DNA from: a virus | Lineage: Duplodnaviria > Caudoviricetes | Length of the DNA stretch: 57,128 nucleotides | Direction: 5' to 3' (one strand) | Virus record (IMG/VR): IMGVR_UViG_3300032282_001405 | Coordinates: 1-57,128 of that record | Part shown: one piece after another, positions 17,892-26,617 of the stretch | Layout: every line of letters begins with the position of its first letter | Position numbering within the stretch: position 1 is the first letter of the stretch | Program-made: the position numbers and the translations under genes | Notes under the pieces: generated by a model | The model's database searches: none | Seen by the model: the letters and a program-made list of their open reading frames with translations, nothing else | Told to the model about the DNA's origin: nothing

Positions 17892-18872
17892 TTAGTTGCG
17901 GTTCAAGCGATCGAACTTGACGAATTCGGCGATCATCTTCTTTTTGCGCTCTGGGTTGTCCCATGCACCAATCTCCTTCATTGCTTTAACCCTTTCAGGC
18001 GAAAGCATGAACTGAGAGCGGTTGTTACCCCCAAATGCGGCTGAAGCTTCACGACCAGAACTTCCCACTACGTTCCTCGGTTTCCTAACGACGGAATTAT
18101 CGTTTGTGTTCTGATTGTAACGGTGTGGTAGAGATTTTTGCAAGCGGCTATCTAGTTCATCCCAATAATCAGGATCAGATGGATCCCAACCTTCGGTAAC
18201 TAGCAACTCATCTACCTTCTTAGCGATCTTGCTGTCGCTGTCGTTTGCGTCTGGCACATACCAAGAGTTACGCTTCATCCATTCAGCGGCATTACGCTGT
18301 ACTGTTGGGTCTGGCAACTCATGACGTGGCTGTTCTTGCACTTCTTGTGAAGCACGATTCTTCATGTTTTGCAGTTGTGCAAGCTGGTTCTCAGATTCAC
18401 GCCACAAAGTCTGTGCTTCGACCATTGCGTCGCCGTCACTGTTCTCCGCCGCCTCTTTAAGCTTCATCTTGGCGTATTCCATACGCACTTGGCTGTCTTC
18501 AATGTTCTTATCGATGCGGGAAATCTGACTGTGCTTGGTTTCGCGCTCTACATTCGACAATCTGCGCTTAAATTCTTCATTTTCACGCTGTAATTGATGA
18601 AGGCGGATGTCTTTTTCTTCTCTTGTAGCCCTCTGAGCCAGTCTTTTGGCCTTGCGGATGTTGCGTTTGGCTTCCCTAAGCTCCGCATTGTCATCAGGAT
18701 GGTCCGCATCATCGGAATCAACGTCACCACCCTTTGATTTTTCATTAGAAGGCTGGTTATTTTGGTCTGAATCGTCGTCATTGATCATGTTGTCAGGCAA
18801 ATCTACGACTGCGGAGCCGTCTTTACCCTCTTCAATGTTCAATTCCAACTGTTCTTTGGTATCTGTACTCAT
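17892..18872 (-). CDS. Putative capsid scaffolding protein
   Basis: Acidic N-terminus, long coiled coil, WMKRNSWY; located between portal/GroES and MCP. Confidence 0.65.
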   Translation of the reverse strand: MSTDTKEQLELNIEEGKDGSAVVDLPDNMINDDDSDQNNQPSNEKSKGGDVDSDDADHPDDNAELREAKRNIRKAKRLAQRATREEKDIRLHQLQRENEEFKRRLSNVERETKHSQISRIDKNIEDSQVRMEYAKMKLKEAAENSDGDAMVEAQTLWRESENQLAQLQNMKNRASQEVQEQPRHELPDPTVQRNAAEWMKRNSWYVPDANDSDSKIAKKVDELLVTEGWDPSDPDYWDELDSRLQKSLPHRYNQNTNDNSVVRKPRNVVGSSGREASAAFGGNNRSQFMLSPERVKAMKEIGAWDNPERKKKMIAEFVKFDRLNRN

Positions 18873-18884
18873 TTTTTTGCCCCC

Positions 18885-19340
18885 TTAAACATAAGCTTTG
18901 AAAGACAGTGGATCGTCAGTGATTTTTGCAATCACTTCGTGGTCATTTATCGTCATGAACAACACTGGATCCTCTTTGGAGTCTGCATTGGGGTCATTAC
19001 GCTCCCAACGATCTCCACCCCAGCGTGGTACGCGCACGAAATCACCTACTTGTGCCCAAGTTCCCTCTGGCCAAGACTCCATGGTGTCGCGGTTTTTGTA
19101 TGCCAAAGGCCCAAGTGCCACGACCTTACCGATCATGTTGTTCCACTTTTCGTTTTCTTTGGTTTCATCGACGATGATGATCATTCCAGCCTTCTTTTTG
19201 ATGCGACGTAACTGAACAATTACGCGCCCTCCAAGAGGTGTCTGACCAGCATTTACTTTGGGGAATGCCCACTCCAACTCTTGAGGATCGGACGCTTGCG
19301 CGCTTCCCTCGATCGTTGGGATCTTCTCTTTTTCACTCAT
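18885..19340 (-). CDS. groES: GroES-like co-chaperonin
   Basis: PLGGRVIVQ...GMIIIVDETKE...GKVVALGP...VGDFV...INDHEVIAKI; AGGAG RBS before ATG 19340. Confidence 0.85.
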   Translation of the reverse strand: MSEKEKIPTIEGSAQASDPQELEWAFPKVNAGQTPLGGRVIVQLRRIKKKAGMIIIVDETKENEKWNNMIGKVVALGPLAYKNRDTMESWPEGTWAQVGDFVRVPRWGGDRWERNDPNADSKEDPVLFMTINDHEVIAKITDDPLSFKAYV

Positions 19341-19418
19341 ACTAACTCCTAAAATGCACCATAGTTTCAGGTGCGTCATTTATGCGTTTTTCAACGCGGC
19401 CTCGTCCTTTAGGGGGAC

Positions 19419-19598
19419 TTATTCTTGATTTCTGTCTTCGTCTAACATTCGGTTAATGGAGTCAAGGACAAATTGCAGTCCCTGATACTCACCAACCATT
19501 CGTTGATACGCTTCCCACGTAATTGCGTTGCCCAAAGCAAGAGATGAGGCAATCTCTCCTTGGCGTAGCTTTACTACGTGGATAACGGGTTCTATCAT
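19419..19598 (-). CDS. Hypothetical protein (59 aa, not in ORF track)
   Basis: MIEPVIHVVKLRQGEIASSLALGNAITWEAYQRMVGEYQGLQFVLDSINRMLDEDRNQE; ATGA coupling. Confidence 0.7.
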   Translation of the reverse strand: MIEPVIHVVKLRQGEIASSLALGNAITWEAYQRMVGEYQGLQFVLDSINRMLDEDRNQE

Positions 19599-19747
19599 TT
19601 CTTTTTAGCTTGCGATAAACCGCTCTTAGGCTTGGCTTGTGAGCCGCCTTTGGGTTGCATGCTTGTGCCATCGAGCTTCTCGCCCATAGCCATGCGTTTG
19701 TGATATGGCACGTTAATGCCTTTTTGTTCTTGATCAGACGTTGCCAT
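19595..19747 (-). CDS. Small basic protein (50 aa)
   Basis: AGGAG RBS inside the portal 3' end; MATSDQEQKGINVPYHKRMAMGE...PKGG. Confidence 0.6.
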   Translation of the reverse strand: MATSDQEQKGINVPYHKRMAMGEKLDGTSMQPKGGSQAKPKSGLSQAKKK

Positions 19748-22271
19748 TTGGGGCTCCTTGAGGTTGTGACGTTTCCGTCGGTTGTTGCATAGCGGCTTGT
19801 TGCAAGGCCATGTCTTGCTCCAGTGCGTGCTTCTGCATATCGTTAGCTTGCTCCGTGCCATGCATCTGCATAGCGTTTTGCTGGGCTGTACTTTCCTGAA
19901 TCACTTGACCAGTGATCTTAGCGTTTTCTATTGCAATTTTGGCCGCGATCTCCTTATCGTGCTCAGCAGATTGAGCAGATATTTTGAGTTGTGCCTCTTG
20001 TGCACGCTGTTGATCTGCCTGTGTCTTACGCTGTGTTTCAGCCATGCTAGTGTCGTGGACGACTTGTGCATCAGGTGGCAGGTTCTGCTTGGCAGACTGT
20101 GCGCGCTGTTGTGCTTGCTGTATCAATTGCTGGAAGGCAGGTATAAACTGCTGGAAGACTTCTTTAACGTCTAATGTGATGTGGGCGCCAACCGTTGTGT
20201 ACAACTGGTCAATCATTGCCGTCATCTTTGGATCGTCGTAGTTGTCTACTGGCTTGCCTTTGTTAGCTTGAGCCACATAACCATTCGAGCGGTTCAAGTA
20301 CCACAGAGTCATGTGTTGCTTCAAATGCTCGATCAAATGGTTCAGATACTGTGGATCCGCAAATGGCGACTGACCCAAGAATGGGTTAAGTCCAAATTGC
20401 AAGTGATCCTGTATGTGGGCGATGTGATCTTGTTGCATGTACGCGTAGGCTGGCTGGCCAATCAGCATAGCCGCGTTCTCATCGGCAGAAGTCCGCTGTT
20501 CAGGCGCAGGCACGTCTTTCATCAGTTCATTGATGTTTGGCACCTTCATCTGCTTGAGGGATCTGGCCAACACGTTGTTCATGTTGAACTGGTCAGGATG
20601 CTTCTCCGCCAAAGCTATAACAGCCTGCATCTGAGCCATACGTTGAGTCTCAGAGAAGATGTGTGGGTCAGAGACTGGCACCACGTCTGTGTTCTTTGAG
20701 AAGTCTTCGCGGTTGATATCCAGATCAGCCACCACATCAGACTTGCGCATTTCATCAAAGTGCCAACGGTTGAGCCGGCACAAGATTTTCAATACGCGCG
20801 CTTGGCTTTCGTGTAATCTGGCATGGATAGCACTGAATACCGCGGCGCCTTGCTCAATCAAAGCCTGTGTGGTGCCTACAGGCGCGTTAGCGTTGACGTC
20901 AGCGATCTTTTCTTCACTGGTGGTCACTACCCCCTTAGCCGCGTTGTCAAGCCAGCCTAGAAGCTGGAATAGAACTGCGCTAGGTGGGTTGAATGGCATA
21001 GGCATAGCGATCTGACGGATGTCAGTGACGCCGGGTGCGCCTTCGATCTCCACAATCTGCGTAACGTCCACCGACTGGCTCTGCCCTGACATCTTCGCTC
21101 CCTTGAGCTTGAGCATAGTCGCGGCATTGTTAATGTGAGCACTGTCCAAAAGAGCACGCAAAGAACCAGTAAGGGCGGCAGACAAGCCACCAATAAGATG
21201 AGGTAATCCAATCGCATATGCACCCCTCCAAGGAATGAACTTGAACTCTACGATCCAATCCAGCTTGGTCATCGTCTCGTCTGTCTCTTCCCAGTTCCTG
21301 TACAGGCCAATAACTTCGTTATCAAGCTCATCAATCATCATGATGTAAGGAGCCATCTCACCCTTGCTGTACTTGTCTTCGTCCAACTCCAAGAAGGTGT
21401 AGACGTGATAGACCTTGCGCAGGCCGTCTTCGTTGTCTTCCCACTTCTTGCCTTCGATCTTGTCGTTGGCCTTTTGTGGTCTTGTAAGCTCAGGCGACAT
21501 GGTGGCTCTGACCATATCGATGTCACGATACATGCCACTAGCTACACGTCTATTGAATTCCCAGTGCGTAATCTCATGCACTTCCGCCGCACGTTCTGCG
21601 GTGTAAAAGTTACTGGCCGCAAAGGGCAGGATTACACGGTCGATAGGCAAGAACTCCACACAGGGACGCTTCTTCTGCTCATCAAACCATAACTTAAAGT
21701 ATTGGGAGCCACCTAGTGGTAGCTGTGTGAGCAATTGTTCTTGCTCATCTCTGAACTCTTCAATCTGCTCGGTGATCTGCCAGTTCAAGTAGTCGCGCTT
21801 ACGCTCTGCACGCTCAGACTTGATCTCATCCATCTTGCCTAGGATTTTGGTTCTGACGGGACCATCTGGGGGGAACATTTCTTTGATCGCACGCGCCGCA
21901 AAGTCCACACATCCTTCAGCCATAGAAGGGTGTACCACTTTGCTAGCGCCCATGAACGTGGCACCGCCGGGCGCGTCATTACCCATACCAGTGCGCCGAA
22001 TGCCCTCTTCATACTGCTTGTCGCGCTGTTCTCTGGCATCTTTGTCCTTCTTCAGTAAGTCAACGTAGCGACTAGCCAATGTCATCAGCTTAAAGTCGTC
22101 GTAATCCTCCGCCATGTTGGCGTAGAAGTCTGGATTAACCTCTGGGCCATCCTCCTCCATAGTGACTATGGCGCTACCGTCAGGCTGTTCTTCAGTTTCA
22201 ATCTCAGGCAGATCTACCTCGGCACTGCCGTCTTCGTTCTCTGTGATTTGTGGGTCTAATTCATCCATCAT
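19734..22271 (-). CDS. Portal protein (P22-like)
   Basis: 845 aa; GASKVVHP, LPLGGSQYFK, FIPWRGAYAIGL, APVGTTQALIEQG, VVPVSDP; Gln-rich barrel-like C-terminus. Confidence 0.85.
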   Translation of the reverse strand: MMDELDPQITENEDGSAEVDLPEIETEEQPDGSAIVTMEEDGPEVNPDFYANMAEDYDDFKLMTLASRYVDLLKKDKDAREQRDKQYEEGIRRTGMGNDAPGGATFMGASKVVHPSMAEGCVDFAARAIKEMFPPDGPVRTKILGKMDEIKSERAERKRDYLNWQITEQIEEFRDEQEQLLTQLPLGGSQYFKLWFDEQKKRPCVEFLPIDRVILPFAASNFYTAERAAEVHEITHWEFNRRVASGMYRDIDMVRATMSPELTRPQKANDKIEGKKWEDNEDGLRKVYHVYTFLELDEDKYSKGEMAPYIMMIDELDNEVIGLYRNWEETDETMTKLDWIVEFKFIPWRGAYAIGLPHLIGGLSAALTGSLRALLDSAHINNAATMLKLKGAKMSGQSQSVDVTQIVEIEGAPGVTDIRQIAMPMPFNPPSAVLFQLLGWLDNAAKGVVTTSEEKIADVNANAPVGTTQALIEQGAAVFSAIHARLHESQARVLKILCRLNRWHFDEMRKSDVVADLDINREDFSKNTDVVPVSDPHIFSETQRMAQMQAVIALAEKHPDQFNMNNVLARSLKQMKVPNINELMKDVPAPEQRTSADENAAMLIGQPAYAYMQQDHIAHIQDHLQFGLNPFLGQSPFADPQYLNHLIEHLKQHMTLWYLNRSNGYVAQANKGKPVDNYDDPKMTAMIDQLYTTVGAHITLDVKEVFQQFIPAFQQLIQQAQQRAQSAKQNLPPDAQVVHDTSMAETQRKTQADQQRAQEAQLKISAQSAEHDKEIAAKIAIENAKITGQVIQESTAQQNAMQMHGTEQANDMQKHALEQDMALQQAAMQQPTETSQPQGAPNGNV

Positions 22272-25200
22272 TTAGCCTTTTTCATAGTCAGTTCAAGTAG
22301 CATAGTGTCTAACTTCTTGTTAATTGAAACTGGCTTTTTGTGTTTGGAATGATACGTCATTTGATTTGCATTTTGTTCTTCTTGTTCACCATCACGCATA
22401 GCTAAGTGACGTTGTGCTATTACGTTTTGTTCAGGGAATGCGTGGAAGTTGTCATCTCCGTAGCCGGGGTGACGACCAAGGTTGATACTACCGCCATTAG
22501 CTAACTTCCAAGTCTTTGGAATGTTTATTGGTTTAGGCGCAACATATTCTTTTCCTTTTGCTTTCTCCTGATCTTCTGGACGATCAACTTCGTACTCGCC
22601 TTTGTTTTTAAGCGCGTGATCAATATGGCTGGCATTTACGTTGTGAGTAAATGTAGTTTGGTGACTAGCCAAATCAGTTGATTCGGTTGGCGTGGTCATC
22701 AAAATATGGCCAGCAACTTTGCCGTTCTTTGTCTTAAAACGATTCTTTGGCAAAAAGTCTTCGTCTTTAAAACGTGAATCCGTTGGAATCATGTGAGCAG
22801 TGCCATCATCATTGTGGCCAACTTGAACCAAACGGGGATGCAAGATGTGCTGGCGTTGGTAGTCGTAACGCAAACCCTTGTGGGTGCGGTGGCCATAGTG
22901 CGACTTGTCTTCGGTAGTAGGCTTGCCGTTGCCACCAAAGTGGCCTTCAGGACCTTCTGCTTTCTCTTGTTCTGTTAATTCGCTATCAGGGCGGCCAACT
23001 GACCAATATTTGGCGTGCTTGATAGCACCTTCCATTTTTTTGCTCATTGGTGAACCACGTTTTACATCAGTAACAAAGTACGAGCCTTTGGGTGGCGTTT
23101 TGTTACCCTGCTCATTGACAAAGTCACCCTTGTTATCAGCCGCCATGATGGTGTTACGTACCCTAGCTTTATCGCGTCCAATGTTTTCAGCAATCTCTTG
23201 CCCATGCTTAACTTTGGGGCCAATGTTTGAATGCGTAACGTAGTAACCGTTTTCTGGATCATGCAACTCATTGGTCTTGCCATACTGGTTGGAAATGATG
23301 TCAGGACGACCTTCTGCTTTACGTTGACTGTTGAGGTGACGAATTACGTGACGTGATGTTGTATCTGTCTCATCAACCACGTTTGGACGGAACAACATAC
23401 GTTTGTTTTGAGTGTCAGCCTTTTCTGCCGCGCTTCTCATAGATCCAGTGTGAGCAATGATCCAGTCCTTTGTCATGGCTGGGTCGTGTTTGGCAATTGC
23501 GTGGCCTGCGCGACGGCTAACAGCCGCGGCGTATTGAGATTCAGCGTTTGGAGCAAAACATGATCCACGCTTAGTGTCCACAATGCCTTGCGCATCAACG
23601 CCACCGCCGCACCCAGTGGTTTGCCCGGGGCAGGTGTTAATCACCTCGTAGTCCATGTCTTTGCCATGGCCCTTTGGAAATAGCGCACGACCTGCAATCC
23701 CTTTAGACGCATAGCCAACGTGTGAGCGGCCTTGGGCGTCATACTCATGATTAACAGTATCCAGCTTTTCGGACTCATCTAAAGTATCACGGTTGTCCTT
23801 AATAAACTTGGCTTCGCGCAAGCGATTCAACGCCTCTTGTTCAGCCGCGCGTTGATCATCAATTGGCTTTGCAAAATGCTCAGACAAAGCTTGTTTGTGG
23901 ATGTCGCTAATACTTCTCATGTCCAATGGATCACGATGCTCAGCACCATAGACTTTTGCCCGTGCCTTCATCATGTTCTTCAAACCCTCTGCGGAGGCAT
24001 TAGGGTTTCCTTCGATCAAGTGCCTAGGCACCACAATACCTTTGACGCCGCCACGACCTTCTGCCTTAATCAACACGCGCTTAGGCAAACTTTTCTTTTT
24101 AGCTATTTCTTTTTTCATGCTTTCAACGTCGCCACCCTTAGCTAACTGCTGTAGGTTGTCTATGTTGAATGTGCTCTCGCCGTCGTCCTGATACCAGCTT
24201 GGCTGTGCTTCAGGCATGTTGTCGCTACCACCGACCTTATAGGTCATGGGGATAGATCCACCATCAGACATGCGCGCTGGCGCCTGTGGTGGGCTCATAG
24301 CGTTCAGTGCTTGGCCTTGTGGCGTCATCTGCAAGATGTTGCTAGGAGGCTGTTGTGCTGGGCTAGAGGCGCCAGCACTGAGAGGCGAGGGCATACCACC
24401 AGCTTGTGGCGGCTGGCCTTGTGGCGCTCCTTGTGGGGGCACTAGGTTTGCAGGCATCAACTGATGACCTTGCTGTTGGCTCATATCGATACCACCGATA
24501 GGCAAAGGCTGGTTGCCCATGCTCACGCCGCCCACAGGCAACTGACCGCCTGATGGTGGGACATAAGCTTTGACGTTCATGTTAGGCGCTTCATTAGCAC
24601 CGATGGTAGATAAGTCAGACAGGCTAATAGGCTTCTTACCTAGTAACTCTGCACGCATTTGATTCATTGATGGTTGCACTTGGCCTCCTACAGCTTTATG
24701 GATTATCCCGCCTTCTTTGTGCAAAGGTAGGCCGTTGGTCAAAACGTCTTTGCGCATCTCTTCATTTATAGGGAAGTAATGCAGTTGAGCTTGTGGTTGA
24801 TCTGGGTTTGTTTCCCCAGTCATTGGGTTGAAGTCTGATACACCCTTTGGAATTGAGTGTGCATGTAACTCAGTCTTCACGCCGTATTTCTTGCCGATAC
24901 TGTTCAGGATGTTTGGCACCTTCTTGTCATAGAAGCCCTTCATGCCTTCACCGCCAACTTCCATGTCAAGACCACGAAGGGAACGAACAGGGTCACCAAG
25001 CGTGTCTCGTGGCTTTTGCGCCATCAATTTTTCTGCAAGTTCTTTTCCAACAAACGATGGCAAGTCTTGCGGCGTTACGCCAGTTTGTTTAATGACTTCG
25101 TTGCCCTCTCCGTCATACGCAACAAGGTTTGATCCAGAGTAGTGCAGATCATCAATGTACTTGGCTAAGCTGTAACGGTCTGCCTGCTCTTGACCCGGTG

Positions 25201-26617
25201 TCACCACGATGCCGTGATAGCCCTTCTCCGCGGCATGATGGATCAGGCGCTTCAACGCCATCTCTTCCCAGTTCTTTTTGAATGGGGCGTTGGGAACACC
25301 ACGGTTTTCTGGCTCACTGGGTGAGGATTCGCTAAGTATGTTTAGCTGTCGCAGTATGTTGGTTTCTCTTTGCCTGAGATCATTGGCTTCTTTTAGCTGG
25401 TCATATTGCTTTTGCATAGCCCTTAGATCTTCTACATCTTGAGGACTCTCAAAGTTAGCTATATGGGTTTTGGCCAGTAGCTTTAATCCAAGTTGATGTA
25501 ATTGATCTGGTGTAGCCGTGCCAATATTTGGCGAGTTACGCATTTTTTCTTTGAGGGTTTTGTATTCCTCGTTGAGAGTATTGCTCTCGTTCTTAACGTA
25601 CTCGTCATGTGCTTTTTGTTTTTTTTGTCTTTCTTCCTTTAATTCTTCAGGAGTCTTTTGATAACCCTTCTCACGCCCTTGTTGGTGCCAGTCTGACTGC
25701 AACTCTTCTAGGTGCAATAGCTTTAATGGAGGCTTTGCAATTTGAGCTTGTTTTTTAACCAAAGAATCCTGTATGTTGGCTGGCAATGTTTTTATGTATG
25801 CGTCCAACTCTTCTGGCGTAGCAAAATCTGGAGATGGAAATCCAGATTTTTTATTAAATGCCACATGACGTATTTCAGAAGGCTGTTCTACTATGCGATC
25901 CTTCAGGCGCATGCTGGCTAGGATGTCTTTCTCACCACCAAAGTGTGCACCTACGCCTTGGAATTGTTCTCTGCTTTGAGTTTTATTTAATGAATCTTTC
26001 CACAATTTTTTGTCTGCATTAGTTGCAAAATCAGAATTAGCGCCTGCTGGGCCGTATTTAGCCTCCAATATGTTGCGTAAATCGTTATGTTCTCCATCTA
26101 TTGCGGGGGCTTTGATCAGCATCTCGCGGTAGTTATTACCGCCGGGCAACGTGTAATCTTTATGATATGGAGCGCCGCCGCCACCTCTATTTTCCAAGCT
26201 ATCCATGGCATCTTGCATATAGTCGCGGTAACTATCTTCAGCCATTTCACGCGCTGTATCTTCTGCGGCGTTTGGGCCTAAACCTTCTGCACGCAACTCC
26301 TGCATCGCAGATTCATATGCCATCTCTTTGGCAACATTCTTAATTACATTTTTATCAAGTGTTTCGCCCAATACCTTCTCACGTATTGCTGGCGCAGGCT
26401 TGGCCGCTAACGCCGCCATAAACTGCTCATGCGTCATCTTAGGGGCACCCATGATCTCACCCAAGCCACGATCTTCAATCTCTGATTGCTTGATGCCACC
26501 TAAGCCTTTTAGCTCTTGCATGAACTCAGAACCAGTACCAACCTTGCGCTTCAGTAACCCCGCGGCTTTGTCTACAGCAGAGTAAAAGGGTTTGCCTTGT
26601 CCAACAAGTTCTTTCAT
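22268..26617 (-). CDS. Large multidomain (polyvalent-type) protein: EELQSDWHQ domain + Pro/Gln linker + Gp88-like Cys domain
   Basis: LPGGNNYRE, LEELQSDWHQQGR, APFKKNW, GMKGFYD; NTCPGQTTGC...SCFA...FRPN; domains flanked by xxxGG motifs. Confidence 0.7.
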   Translation of the reverse strand: MKELVGQGKPFYSAVDKAAGLLKRKVGTGSEFMQELKGLGGIKQSEIEDRGLGEIMGAPKMTHEQFMAALAAKPAPAIREKVLGETLDKNVIKNVAKEMAYESAMQELRAEGLGPNAAEDTAREMAEDSYRDYMQDAMDSLENRGGGGAPYHKDYTLPGGNNYREMLIKAPAIDGEHNDLRNILEAKYGPAGANSDFATNADKKLWKDSLNKTQSREQFQGVGAHFGGEKDILASMRLKDRIVEQPSEIRHVAFNKKSGFPSPDFATPEELDAYIKTLPANIQDSLVKKQAQIAKPPLKLLHLEELQSDWHQQGREKGYQKTPEELKEERQKKQKAHDEYVKNESNTLNEEYKTLKEKMRNSPNIGTATPDQLHQLGLKLLAKTHIANFESPQDVEDLRAMQKQYDQLKEANDLRQRETNILRQLNILSESSPSEPENRGVPNAPFKKNWEEMALKRLIHHAAEKGYHGIVVTPGQEQADRYSLAKYIDDLHYSGSNLVAYDGEGNEVIKQTGVTPQDLPSFVGKELAEKLMAQKPRDTLGDPVRSLRGLDMEVGGEGMKGFYDKKVPNILNSIGKKYGVKTELHAHSIPKGVSDFNPMTGETNPDQPQAQLHYFPINEEMRKDVLTNGLPLHKEGGIIHKAVGGQVQPSMNQMRAELLGKKPISLSDLSTIGANEAPNMNVKAYVPPSGGQLPVGGVSMGNQPLPIGGIDMSQQQGHQLMPANLVPPQGAPQGQPPQAGGMPSPLSAGASSPAQQPPSNILQMTPQGQALNAMSPPQAPARMSDGGSIPMTYKVGGSDNMPEAQPSWYQDDGESTFNIDNLQQLAKGGDVESMKKEIAKKKSLPKRVLIKAEGRGGVKGIVVPRHLIEGNPNASAEGLKNMMKARAKVYGAEHRDPLDMRSISDIHKQALSEHFAKPIDDQRAAEQEALNRLREAKFIKDNRDTLDESEKLDTVNHEYDAQGRSHVGYASKGIAGRALFPKGHGKDMDYEVINTCPGQTTGCGGGVDAQGIVDTKRGSCFAPNAESQYAAAVSRRAGHAIAKHDPAMTKDWIIAHTGSMRSAAEKADTQNKRMLFRPNVVDETDTTSRHVIRHLNSQRKAEGRPDIISNQYGKTNELHDPENGYYVTHSNIGPKVKHGQEIAENIGRDKARVRNTIMAADNKGDFVNEQGNKTPPKGSYFVTDVKRGSPMSKKMEGAIKHAKYWSVGRPDSELTEQEKAEGPEGHFGGNGKPTTEDKSHYGHRTHKGLRYDYQRQHILHPRLVQVGHNDDGTAHMIPTDSRFKDEDFLPKNRFKTKNGKVAGHILMTTPTESTDLASHQTTFTHNVNASHIDHALKNKGEYEVDRPEDQEKAKGKEYVAPKPINIPKTWKLANGGSINLGRHPGYGDDNFHAFPEQNVIAQRHLAMRDGEQEEQNANQMTYHSKHKKPVSINKKLDTMLLELTMKKAK

